Assembly (NCBI RefSeq): GCF_006345805.1
Contig: NC_042998.1
Coordinates: 175,894,001 to 175,958,000, forward strand
Direction of reading: 5' to 3'
DNA: 64,000 bases
Source: Octopus sinensis
Taxonomy: Eukaryota
The position numbers were made by a program, and so were the translations under genes. Positions 51,491-63,957 of the stretch are shown in pieces. Below the pieces are notes generated by a model that saw nothing but the letters and a program-made list of their open reading frames with translations, was not told the origin of the DNA and searched no databases. Numbering within the stretch: the stretch's first letter is position 1; each line of letters begins with the position of its first letter.

Positions 51491-51661
51491 AAACAATGGA
51501 AACAAAAGTGAGAAATTGGTACTTTTAAAAGAAATCCCTTGTGATATCTGTTCTGCCCAAGTTGCAGAATCAGTTCTTTGTCAGTCTAGCTACCGTAAAT
51601 GTAGTGAACCTGCGGAAACCCTCTATTGTCCACAAGACTGAGTTTATAGACAAAATATTAT

Positions 51662-51711
<50 letters not shown>

Positions 51712-51713
<2 letters not shown>

Positions 51714-52113
51714 TGGTTTCAAATTTTGCCACAAGGATAGCAATTTTGGGGGAGGGGATGTGTCAATTAAATCGACCCCAGTGTTCCACTGGTACTTAAT
51801 TTATAGAACCTGAAAGGATGAAAGGCAAAGTCGACTTCGGCGGAATTTGAATTCAGAATGTAGCGACGGGGGCGAAATACCTATTTCTTTACTACCCACA
51901 AGGGGCTAAACGCAGAGAGGACAAACAAAGACAGACAAACGGATTAAGTCGAATATATAGACCTCAGTGCGTAACTGGTACTTAATTTATCGACCCCCGA
52001 AAGAATGAAAGGCAAAGACGACCTCGGCGGAATTTGAACTCAGAACGTAACGGCAGACGAAATACCGCTTAGCATTTCGCCCGGCGTGCTAACGTTTCTG
52101 CCAGCTCGCCACC
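51712..52113 (-). mobile_element. Family-B SINE multimer flanked by (TAA)n
   Basis: Full head at 52113 going down, with the body duplicated through the same GGTATTTCG junction. Confidence 0.88.
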
Positions 52114-52139
52114 TAATAATAATAATAATAATAATAATA

Positions 52140-52183
<44 letters not shown>

Positions 52184-52189
52184 GTAATA

Positions 52190-52756
52190 ATGCAGTATAA
52201 ATGCTCTGATGCAGTACCAGGCAGTGGCTCTCGTGGCTTCTGATCTTAACTGATTGGAAGTGTTATCATGTACATTGTTTTGTCTTGGTATAAAAGATGG
52301 GCTACAGCAAATATTCTGCTCAATATCACAGATTTGCTTGTCAGTTGTTTGACCGTAACCAGTTGAGCATGTCCCTTAGTGGCTGACGATATGTGCAACT
52401 CTGATCACGAGCAGAAGTAGTAGGGGAGCATCATAGCCATGTGTTGAGAGGGATTCTTCGGGGTTTGAATAACTCACTTATGGAAACATGGGTGTTTCAT
52501 TCAACATCCTTAAACAACCCTTATTCAGGGACCTTTTGAGCGTGGTGGGTTACTCGACCAGAAGAAAATTCTAACTGGGCCCCACCTGCTAGGTCATGTG
52601 CTGTTTATCTTGATATGAGATCACCATGTCGCGCACATATGGTTGTGATGCATGTGCCTGGTGTACCCTTATCAGACGGGTAGTCATGATGGGTATACTG
52701 GGCTTCGTATATTTTACCCCAGTGTCACTTTGATGGCATGAACTGCTCTCTCACTC

Positions 52757-52757
<1 letters not shown>
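52190..52757 (+). mobile_element. ~570-bp non-coding interspersed element ending in (AAT)n
   Basis: An internal part recurs at about 31190-31340 (AAACAACCCTTA..CAGGGACC...GTAGTCATGATG); bounded by TAA arrays. Confidence 0.6.
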
Positions 52758-52805
<48 letters not shown>

Positions 52806-53278
52806 TCTGTCAAGACCTACCAAAAACTGAGCAAATATAAAGATCTTGAAATAGAAATCAGCAAAATGTGGAAGCTGAAGACTAAAACAATACCTGTTGT
52901 CATAGGTGCCCTGGGAATGATAGCGAAAGGGACTGATTGCTACCTAACTCTGATACCAGGAAACCCCAAAATGGCAGAAATTCAAAAGATAGTGCTCATA
53001 GGAATTGCTCATATCCTACGCAAAATACTCTCTATGTAATCCCAAGGTTTAGAACAAACTTTAAAAAAAAAATTTTTTTAATTTTTAATTTTATTTTTTA
53101 TTTTTATTTTTTATTTTATTTTTTATTTTTATGTATTAGACATTCACTAGTACAACACCAAAAAAAACAACAAAAAACCCCCAAATATATGGCACAGAAC
53201 TTCCAACCTGTTGTCTCTTGAGGTCTCTGGGTGAGACTTGGAGCCAACTTGTACAGACATAAAGCAAAAGTCAAACAT
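52806..53278 (+). mobile_element. R4/Dong-like retrotransposon 3' end inserted in (TAA)n
   Basis: KLSKYKDLEIEISKMWKLKTKTIPVVIGALG...IQKIVLIGIAHILRKILSM*, then 3' UTR; (TAA)n on both sides. Confidence 0.88.
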
Positions 53279-53279
53279 A

Positions 53280-53315
<36 letters not shown>

Positions 53316-53326
53316 TGATGATGATG

Positions 53327-53360
<34 letters not shown>

Positions 53361-53374
53361 TGATGATGATGATG

Positions 53375-53425
<51 letters not shown>

Positions 53426-53624
53426 GCAAAAAAAAGAAGAGTGCTATTGTCATGAAGGGAACGATATTTCAATATCTTGTGTATCTTCAACAGGTCCAAA
53501 AATAAACACGTCAATCTTCATTTTGGTTAATATTTATAAGATTGATGTTGATGTAACCGACTTACCCCTTCTCTCGAATTTGCTGGCCCATGTGCCAAAA
53601 TTTGAAACCAATATTTCAATAATT

Positions 53625-53935
53625 CTTAAGGGGTGATCTGGCAAAATCTTTGGCATGTCAGGCAGCATTTCGTCCATCTTTACGTTCTGAGTTCAAATCC
53701 TGCAGAGGTCGATAAAAGAAGTACCAGTTGAACACTAGGATTGATGTAATCGATCTATCCCCACCCCCCGAAATTGCTGGCCTTATGCTAAAATTTGAAA
53801 CCAATATTTTAATGATTATTTCTGTTATAAGCACAAGGCTTGAAATTTGGGGGTTGTGATTATATCGACCCCAATGTTTGAATAGTACTTATCTTATCGA
53901 CCCCAAAAGGCAGAAAGCAAAAATCAATCTCGGTT
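53625..53935. mobile_element. Two family-B SINEs tail-to-tail (+ then -)
   Basis: About 53625-53805 plus and 53825-53935 minus. Confidence 0.65.
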
Positions 53936-55158
53936 ATTAATAATAGCAAAAACGTGTTGGGTGATCGTTCGATTCACTGCTTCCCTTAAAAGTGAAGCAG
54001 CGTTTATGTTAAAACTCATCATAATACCTTCTTAATGGTGGTAAGATGTGTTTTGAAGAAAATTCGGCTGCTTTGTCTAGTAAGTCGAACGAACGCATAG
54101 CTGCTCTTTCATTGGCTTGAGTCCACTGTAAATGAAGTGAAAAAAATAAATAAAGTAATAATAACAAAAAAAAAGAAGAAAACAAGAAGAAAAAGAAAAC
54201 ATGAATTGGCTATAAAGAGGTCAGAGACCTCTTTCAATAATATTGTCGTCCCAGGAAAATCGCTTCATTGGATAGTTTGGGCAATCCTGACAGAGAATTA
54301 CTCTTCATTTAATGAGATATTTATTGTAAGCGTCTTCTATTTTATAGTCTGGAGAAAAAAAAAATCACTGTAGGGTTTCAGATGCTGCATGATTAGAAGA
54401 AAAGCAGATAAAGCAGACAGACAAATGTGTGTTGCTCTGCTTATTACTTAACTGCCAAGACCGCGAGGGAGGTAGCGTTAGATGATCACATTTCCATTCA
54501 TTAGGTTTAAATTAATTCATCGAATTGCTTTGAATTTAAATTAGTATAGAGGATGAAAAAACAAAACAAAACAAACATATAAGCTATGCTTCTAGGTAGA
54601 ACATAACATATACTAACAAATCTATGAAATAAGTTTGTTGATTCATTATTAAGGTTACCTCCAAGCAGTTGTAGTTCAACCTTTATGTGTGATTTTTACG
54701 TTTGCAGGCAGTTATGTTCAGTGCAGCGTAAATTTTACATTTAGAAAACTGCTTCACATAATCTGTATTTTTTTTTCTTTCTTCTCTTCGATTAACAAAT
54801 CATGGTGCTGTCAAAATTGTCTATAGTAGTTCCTTTACTTAGATATCAAACGTTAAGGTTTGGATTTCCATTAGTTCATTACAAGGTTCAGAAAAAAAGA
54901 GTAAATGCATGGGCACAGTATATTGGCTTGCTACACTGCTTTGTTTGTTGTCTGAGAGATCTATAGTCAAGTAATTTGACGCAGTAATTTATCAACTTGA
55001 GAAGGATGAAAGGCAAAAATCAGTCTCAATGAAAAGTGACGTACTGAACTCAAAACTTGAACAAATCCCAATCGCTCATCTACCTCACACCATTCATACC
55101 CGTAATTGAAAGATGATTCATCAAAGGAAAAAAGTGTTAGAGACATTTTCCCTTTATC

Positions 55159-55215
55159 ATTATAATAATAATAATAATAATAATGATGATAATAATAATA
55201 ATAATAATAATAATA

Positions 55216-55256
<41 letters not shown>

Positions 55257-55380
55257 GTAATACTTATTATTGTTGTTGTTGTAGTTGTTATTGCCATTGT
55301 TGTTGCTGATGTTATTATTTTCAACATTATTAACATTATCAAAATATCTAATTTTACAACACACTTTAAACAGCTCATAA

Positions 55381-55413
<33 letters not shown>

Positions 55414-55880
55414 TGTATGTATGTATGTATGTATGTATGTATGTATGTATGTATGTGTGTGTATGTATGTATGTGTGTGTGTGTATGTATGTATGTATGT
55501 ATGTGTGTGTGCATGTGTGTATGTATGTATGTATGCTTGTATGTATGTATTATGTATGTATGTATGCATGTATGCTTGCATGTATGTATCTATGTATGTA
55601 TGTATGCATGTTTGTATGTATGTATGCTTGCATGTATGTATGTATGTATGTATATATGTATGCATGCATGCATGCATGCATGTATGTATATATTATACAT
55701 ACAAGTATATGGTAATTGCGTGTGTATATATCATGTACATAAACGTATATATACATATATGTACGTGTGCGTATGTTTATATATCTATTTACATATATAT
55801 ATATATATGTATGCATATATGTATATATGATTGTACGTGAGTGTGTGTGTATGTATGTGTGTTTGTGTGTGTGTGTGTGA
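55159..55880. repeat. (AAT)n/(GTT)n/(TATG)n microsatellite block
   Basis: Direct reading. Confidence 0.93.
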
Positions 55881-56355
55881 TGTTATGCATATATTACAAC
55901 AGTAAGAAATGGACAGATGGTGAGCTGTTAATTATTTTAATCGTCATGATGAAAGAAACGTGGTGTGCTATTTTCCAGTTGATTAGTTTTTAATCAAATG
56001 TGATTCTTTTGAGTTAATCAATGCATCATGATTGTCTTATAATCACCAGCCCGTGTAAACAATGTGCCAAGTCAAATAACTGCATCTGGTTCTTAAATAC
56101 AACTTTAACATAAATTTTTTTCATATATTTCCTTGGAAAATGAACAATAACCAGAATATTTTGGATAAAAGATTTAATGAAAAGACAAATATGATTTCAA
56201 GGTTACAACTTTACTTTACAATTCCTGAACAGCTGAAAATATTTTTGCACATTCATCTAATTTATTCAACAAGCTCTGTCTCTCTCTGTCTCTTGCTACC
56301 TACCCAACTTGTAAACCAGGTACCTACATATATCTTCCATACCTAGTCTCGCTCG

Positions 56356-56389
<34 letters not shown>

Positions 56390-56532
56390 CTCCCTTTCTC
56401 ACTGTCTTACACACACTCACTTCCTAAATACTCAATCACGTGCGCATGCACGCACGCGCACCCCCACATGCTCACTGATTTTTCTATTTTTATTCATATA
56501 CATAGATATGCATGCATATACCTATGCATGTA

Positions 56533-56584
<52 letters not shown>

Positions 56585-56649
56585 CAGTCGTCATGATAGA
56601 TCGTTAGCCACTACACACATTTTTTTCTCTCCTTGTTTTTTCTGTGTCC

Positions 56650-56685
56650 CTTTCTGTAGAAGAGCGTAGGCTTGAAACGTAAAAG
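56650..56685 (+). ncRNA. Minimal hammerhead-like motif, variant core
   Basis: CTTT-CTGTAGA-A-GAGC-GTAG-GCTT-GAA-ACGT-A-AAAG: stem I, stem II and palindromic stem III are present; the core deviates from CUGANGA. Confidence 0.5.
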
Positions 56686-56789
56686 ACTTTTTCTATTCCT
56701 GAGCGTTGTACTAATACATCTGTTTGTTTTGTATACCACCTGTCTTCGTCTTTTTTTTTTTTTTCGTAAACTCTCCCTTTTTTTTAAAT

Positions 56790-57475
56790 AGTATAATTAT
56801 TTATTTATCATTTAAATCTGTTATAAAGGTACTTTAATTTATGTTAACATTTAATTTTACGTTCCTCAAGAGTTTACCAACGCACAATTTTTGTGAAATA
56901 AAATCTCCCTAAATTCGTTATTACAAAGAGAACAACTATTACTCCCTATAGTATAAGATTTAGCCCTACAAATAATATCCCAATATAATTTAAATTTAAT
57001 AGATTTAAATTTAAGATCCCAAATATATTTACTGAGACCTGTTGAGTTTATAAGGTTTTTTTTCTAAAAGAATACATATGTTGGGAAATTTTATTTTTAA
57101 TTTTATTCGAAGTAGACCCAATATAAATAGTATTTAAATTACAATGATTCAAATCCTTATCATCTATTATAGTTACTCTACATCTATATACTACATTATC
57201 TAAATTACAATAATTTTTCAATTTACATGTAGACTTATCCCTACATGTACAAGAAATAAACTCATGGTCTTTATTATTATAATTAGAATTACTATTAAAT
57301 CTATCTTTATAAAATTTCTTTAATTTGAAACTATTATAAGAAGAAATAATACTACCAACATTATTAGTAGTAGAAAATCCAACATCTAAATTATCTTTAG
57401 AAAAAATATTATAATATTGTTTATTATCTCTAATAAATATTTCAATAATATGTAAAATCTCTGATAAACGGAGAC

Positions 57476-57477
<2 letters not shown>
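56790..57477 (-). mobile_element. Penelope-like element GIY-YIG endonuclease fragment (pseudogene)
   Basis: CTC..KSTCKL...C..DNVVYRC...IYIGST..KIK.KISQHMYSF, a frameshift in an A8 run, then STGLSKYIWDLK...WDIICRA..Y......CSLC..E; 5'-truncated at (TA)n. Confidence 0.88.
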
Positions 57478-57525
<48 letters not shown>

Positions 57526-57609
57526 TTAGCCACTCAACATGTGACCTCGTGAGCACCGCCAGCAATTTTTTTCCTCTGTCTTCCCTTCTCGGATCTTTCC
57601 TTCTCCTTT

Positions 57610-57644
57610 GTTTCCGACGAAGAGCTCCGCTCGAAACGTTAAAC
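57610..57644 (+). ncRNA. Minimal hammerhead-like motif, U4C variant core
   Basis: GTTT-CCGACGA-A-GAGC-TCC-GCTC-GAA-ACGT-T-AAAC: all three stems pair. Confidence 0.6.
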
Positions 57645-57738
57645 CCTCCTTCCCTTCTTTTCTGAGCGTCCAATAATACTTTATTTGTTCCACGTCCTCG
57701 CGTTGGTGTGTTTTTTTTGTGTTTTCTTGTTTGGATTA

Positions 57739-57797
<59 letters not shown>

Positions 57798-57822
57798 GTC
57801 TCCGTCTATCTGTCTGTCTCTT

Positions 57823-57854
<32 letters not shown>

Positions 57855-58299
57855 CATATTTACAAACTTATATATCTGATTTGCTGTCAGATTATAGCCG
57901 TCTCAGATGAAACATTTGTACATGAGTGTATTTAGGAGACGTACGCTTGTGCGATACATATATCACTCCCTTAGTATCTATCCTTAAGTATTTAGTGACA
58001 AGCAAAAAGGAAGATAACCAGAAGCTATTTCAGTCACGGGTATTATATTGGAGTGCCTTTCCAAAGGTTTTCCAATAAAAGTTCAACAAAATGTTAAGGG
58101 CTTGATTTTCCTTCTCCATGTGGTTTACTACTTAATTTCTTACTCCTTTGTCATTAATATAATCTTTTATTCTTCTCTGTACTCGGCTAACACTTTGCTC
58201 TGAAGCATATGTGTACTGAGTTCTAACGTCAGGTTATTAGTATTGCAATGCGGATGTGATATATACAAAAGCTGACTCGTCAAAATGTTCCTTGTACTT

Positions 58300-59290
58300 T
58301 TGTCTTTGGGAAAGCTACCACTGATGCAGCTGTTGAATTCCCAGAGTGGGTACAAATTAGCATTGACACTTTTGTTCCTAATCTCAATTTTAGGGTAAAA
58401 CCTGACTCTCCGCCCTGATTCAATGCAAAGTGTGCATCTGCTGTTGCTCATCGGAATCTCTTTTATCAACGTTTCCAACGGGTTCAGTCCGCTGATTCTC
58501 GGCTCGCTTTCCCGAGAACTAGAAATGCTTGTAAAAGGACTGCTGCGGATGCTAAATCCTCTTATGCTCGCAGGGTTCCTAAATCCACAGCCTCACAGAA
58601 GCTTGGAAGTTGGGACTTTAGGAAAATCAATCCTGTTAAGTATGTTGTGACCACCACTTTTTGATGGTGTCATGTTTGGGATTTTCCGCAGAAAAAAGTT
58701 CACCTTTTTGCACGTTTGCTTTCTGCTAACTCTACCCTTGATGATTCAGGTGCATCTCTTCCTAAGTTTCCTTCTCATACAGAACAAGTTCTTAAGTCTA
58801 TCGTCATAACTCCGAAGTTAGTAGTTAAGGGGCTCAGTCTAAAGTGTCTGGTTTTCAAAGCATTCATGCGGTTGTCATGAAACAGTGTGCTCCTCAGATA
58901 TCCTTTTTGTTCTCTAAGATTTAAATCTTTGTCTTGCTAAGTCCTGTTTTTCATCAAGATGTTGAACCAATTTTGAAGAATGGTAGTGAATCTTCTGATC
59001 CAAACAAATATAGTCTTGTTAGCCTCCTCTCGTTTGTTAGCAAGAGTTTTGAACGGCTCATCAACAACAGATTAATTGAGTTTCTTGAAACTTTGGGACT
59101 CCTTGTTGATGTTCTTTATGGCTTTCGTGGCTCTCGTTCTACTGCTAGTCTTCTGGTTTGTTACTGTATCTACTAATTTATGGATGAATCAGGAGATGGT
59201 CGAGCAATAAGCTCTTGATGCATCTAAAGCCTTCTACTCGGACGACCTCTGTTCTTGTGAACTACTCAGTTGCATACCCACTTAGCGCAG
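58300..59290 (+). mobile_element. Decayed APE-type LINE RT (Jockey/CR1 supergroup)
   Basis: KPDSPP*FNAKCA, ANSTLDDSG.SLP.FP, SDPNKYSLVSLLSFVSKSFERLINN...YGFRGSRST. Confidence 0.8.
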
Positions 59291-59680
59291 ATAGATCCAG
59301 TGCACCCACTTCTGCTCTAATTATCCTTAAGCTCTTTCACACTCTGGATCCTCAATCGTATTTTCTCAGTGTGTCTGCCCCTGTAATGCTACCTTACATT
59401 TTCCCAACAGATGCAAATACAGAGAGCAACAGCCACTTCAATTTACCACTCTGGGATGGTTAGCAAAGATCACAGACATTATCTCTCCTCCATTAACTAA
59501 TATATAACAAAAGGCAAGTTTTCATACGTTTGTATTCAACGACCACTGGCTCGACGTCGAAGTGTACATCTTCTTTGTCTTTCAATTCAACAAAGCAGTG
59601 GATATTTGACTGCTTTAACACAGTGAATGCAAACCGCCATCTTGCTTAACTTCTCTGTTCTCGCTCTTTTTCTCTCTCTT

Positions 59681-59718
<38 letters not shown>

Positions 59719-60529
59719 ACTGTATCCCAACATTCATTCCTTTATTTAAATACCTGTCGTAATGTTTTCCGCAAATAAACCTCATCCCAGTAGAATTTCC
59801 CCCATCATCCATGTTTTACTCACCGACCGTACAATTCAAATTAAACATTAATTTAACTAAACTCACTCAATTACCTTTATCCAATATTCTTGGAAGATTA
59901 ACATTGCCATGGGCAATGTTGTTCCCTCTTCAGTCTAATTTATAAAAGAATTACTCTTTTATTAGACACCTCAGTTACATTTCATGCTTCCTTAGTTCAA
60001 TAGCTCCGTTCTGCTGCATACGAACCAGTCTCGTAACTTTACAGAGGAAGAGAGAGAAACGTAGGGGGAGAGCTAACTAGATAGATAGAGAGAAACGTAG
60101 CATGAGAGAGAGAGAGAGAGAGAGAGAATCTGAAGGAAAGCTGGGAGAAGAGAAAGTGAGAAAGAGAGGGAAAGAATGGGAACAGAAATGTTAAAGGAAC
60201 CCTTTTATTTACCACATCAAATGAATAACTGAAGTGGTGAACATCGCTTCCTGGCAGTTAAAGAAACATATATAATTCGAAATCAACAGTTCATTTTTGT
60301 TTGCCGTTATAGAACAGCAATTTCTTAAGTAAATACAAAACTTAATATTTATTAGATTCAGCGATGTCCACACCTTCCTGCTAAGGCGCAAAACTCAAAA
60401 CAAACCAAAGCGTCAAGTAGGCAAGTAGTGGTGGACTTAACTTGCCAGACGGTTATCTTCATATAACGGGGTACAACAGTACTTTTAGGTTTATTGATTT
60501 CCTTCGACAAGCCTCTGTTATTTTCCTTT

Positions 60530-60652
60530 CTTTCTTTTGTATGTCTGTCTGTCTCCCTCTTTCAAACATATGCACACGCGCGTCAGTGCGTATGTTTGTA
60601 TGTATGTATGTATGCCTGTGCGTATGCATATCTGTTTGTGTGTGTGTGGTGT

Positions 60653-60703
<51 letters not shown>

Positions 60704-60720
60704 TATGTGTGTGTGTGTAG
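60530..60720. repeat. (GT)n/(TATG)n microsatellite
   Basis: Direct reading. Confidence 0.93.
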
Positions 60721-61268
60721 ATACATGACGCTCACACACGCCAACAGGCCGAATTCTTTTTCGACAAACTGAAATGACTTAACATATAGTAAGTTTTTTT
60801 TAAGTATTGCTTTTTCCAAGTAACCGTGTTTAGAAAATATTTTTTATTGGAATACAGATACATGTTTAAAGCTGATGTTTTTTTCAGATTTCTATGATAA
60901 GCACATCTTTTGAGACTATGTTCATTGTTAATTTAAAATATGTAGCTTCAGAAAATACCATCTTTGTGTTTTACTTTATACAATTTCGTGTGATTAAGTA
61001 GACGTATAAGTAAAATCATAAGATATTCTAGCAAAAACGTACTTTATCCAGCACGAAGTCTGTGTTAGACAACATTTCTTGCACTGCAGTTTGGTGTTCT
61101 GTTGAAAACTGTCGTTTTATTCTAATATGGGAGCATACAACATAGATGTGACCATGTGAGAATGATGGACTTTAAGTTCAATCCCAACAACTTTGACAAA
61201 ATGTCCTTGACACTTGCTGGTGGTAATAAAGAATCACAGTATTACTGGAAACGGGAGGCACTTGAATT

Positions 61269-61339
<71 letters not shown>

Positions 61340-61396
61340 TAAACATCATACATTAGAAAAGTATAAAAATCATACACACACAAACACACACACACA

Positions 61397-61435
<39 letters not shown>

Positions 61436-61436
61436 C

Positions 61437-61606
61437 TATTAAATTAGAGACAAAACCACTATTAGGCAAATCATATAATGAAAAACTTAAGCCAATACAT
61501 AAGATTTAAATACATAATACATAATATAAATTAAATAATCTTATGTATTGGCTTAAGTTTTTCATTGTAGGATTTGCCTAATAGTGGTTTTGTCTCTAAT
61601 TTAATA
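61437..61606. repeat. 70-bp inverted repeat (68/70 identical) with a 30-nt spacer
   Basis: 61437-61506 against the reverse complement of 61537-61606. Confidence 0.9.
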
Positions 61607-61693
61607 TAATATAATATTTTACTATAAAATTGGATTCAATCCTAAATCTGATTTTTCCCTGTAAGTTTGAATTTATTCCCTAATATTTATTAT

Positions 61694-61727
<34 letters not shown>

Positions 61728-61889
61728 CACATATATATATATACACACATGTAAGTATATATACATATATATATATTTATATATACGTATATATATGTAC
61801 ATATCTGTGGCCTGAACTCTTTACATGAACACCACCCTGTACATAACTCTATGTCCCCCTACATGGCCTTGCTTTTTTGCTTTTTGAGC

Positions 61890-62830
61890 CAAAAAATTAA
61901 CTAACTAATTAACTAACTACTTCTATATATAAATCCTTAAATCCTTAGAAATGTTTAAGCCCGAAAGCTGTGGCCACGTTGAATGTGCTACACTAGTATG
62001 TGAAACCCCCTCTGATACGTGGCACTTGGTCAACAAGGAAGTTCAACGCTGCTGCCCGCATCTGTGTTTCCTACCGAGAGGTAGGTTCATTTGGAACCCC
62101 TGACAAGAAGAGATCCAGTTTAGTTTTAACGAAATCCACATCCACACCATGCAGGTCTCTCAGGCATTTAGAAAGGATATTGAAGACCTGTAGTCCCCTG
62201 AAACCCAAACTATTGCAGTATCTGGTCCTGCATTTTGATGGTGATGTTGGGATCTTTGGCACCATGCAGTGGCGCCCCGTTCGGCTGTTGGGGTAACTTT
62301 CAATGCCAAAATTCGGGACAAGGCCCTTCAGGATTTTCCAGATGTATGTCACTGCATATCTCTCCCGCCTTCGCTTCAGAGAGAAGAGTTTTAATACTTT
62401 CCGTCTTTCCCAGTAACTGATATGTTGCGTTGAGACGATCTTCTTAGTGTAGCTTCGTTGGATTGCTTCGAGTTCTGCCGTTAACTTTATATTGTGTGGT
62501 GACCATTGTTGGGAGCAGTAGCCCAAGCGGCTGAGGACGAATGTCTTCCAAAGGACCATCAGTGTCTCCTCTCTTGTTCTGAAAGTTCGGAGGATCCATC
62601 CAGCTAGCCGTCTGCATTTTATAACCAAATTGGCAATATGCACTTGGAAAAATGCATCATTGCTCATGTCAATGCCCAGGTCACGCACTGATTTTGACTC
62701 AGGAATTGCAATTCTTCCCGGACCAGTGTATCGAGTCTGCATGTCGTTCAGCTTTCTGTGCCGGTAGCACAGGGCTTGCATTAAACTGCATGTTGTTGTC
62801 CTTAGCCCACCTGTATATTGTATCCAACTG
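61890..62830 (-). mobile_element. CR1/L2-like LINE 3' portion
   Basis: VRDLGIDMS, RRLAGWILRTFRTR, WKTFVLSRLGYCSQQWSP, LEAIQRSYTK, SYWERRKVLKLFSLKRRRERY; (GTTA)n-like tail near 61900. Confidence 0.92.
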
Positions 62831-62839
62831 CCGTTGCAG

Positions 62840-63060
<221 letters not shown>

Positions 63061-63062
63061 TG

Positions 63063-63650
63063 CGAATATAAACAAGAAGGGTAGTAATATTATTTACGAC
63101 CAGGTGCCCAGCACAAAAGACGAATTAGTCATAAGACAAAAATATTATTCATATAGAAAAATATTATTCATGTAGTTATACAATTAAGGACTCCTAAATA
63201 AAGATGCCGAGTGCTGGGAACACAAAAAGGGGATGAATTTATCGAGAGTGAAAATCAAAAACGTTTACCGATAACTTTAACAACTCGTACCGCGGTTTCT
63301 GCTTCTTTCTAGCAAAACACAGAATATGTTTGCTAAGGCCAGCTTCATCAGCGAGTCGCCTAAATTTAATCGAGGTCTGCAGCGATGTGGGACTATGTGT
63401 TGAACCCGACTACTAGCAGATCTTAACTTTTCAAATCTCTGCGCAGACGCAAAAATAATATTACTACCCTTCTTGTTTATATTCGCATACTACATGATGG
63501 ATTTATTCGTAAAATTCTTCCCGGCATGCCCGTGTAAATTTTGCGTCTGCGCAGAGATTTGAAAAGTTAAGATCTGCTAGTAGTCGGGTTCAACACATAG
63601 TCCCACATCGCTGCAGACCTCGATTAAATTTAGGCGACTCGCTGATGAAG
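63063..63650 (-). mobile_element. Non-coding hammerhead-bearing insertion (Penelope pLTR/retrozyme-like) with 15-bp TSD and internal inverted duplications
   Basis: TSD CTATACATAAACATG at 63048-63062 and 63651-63665; perfect 114-bp IR at 63341-63454 / 63539-63652; 36-bp IR at 63060-63095 / 63453-63488. Confidence 0.8.
63279..63360 (-). ncRNA. Type I hammerhead ribozyme (intact core, long stem II)
   Basis: GGCGACTCG-CTGATGA-A-GCT..TAGCAAA..TTTGCTA..AGC-A-GAA-ACCGCGGT-A-CGAGTTGTT; predicted cleavage after GUA, between 63288 and 63287. Confidence 0.8.
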
Positions 63651-63751
63651 CTATACATAAACATGTATAGATATACATCCGTATATATACATATATATAT
63701 ATACAAACATATATACATATAAATTTTTATATATACATCTATACATATACT

Positions 63752-63827
<76 letters not shown>

Positions 63828-63912
63828 TGTATTAAAAGAAATAAGGTACTCAGAAATTTGGATGGTTTTATATTTACAGATTTTAATAAATATGTCACAT
63901 ATTTTTAGAAAA

Positions 63913-63957
63913 CATATATCAGCGCTTGCATCCACTCTAGTGGATTCTTCAGATTTG
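63913..63957 (-). ncRNA. Degenerate hammerhead relic
   Basis: CTGAAGA-ATCCAC-TAGA-GTGGAT-GCA-AGCGCT-G: perfect 6-bp stem II and palindromic stem III, but A13C, G at the cleavage position and a weak stem I. Confidence 0.4.
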
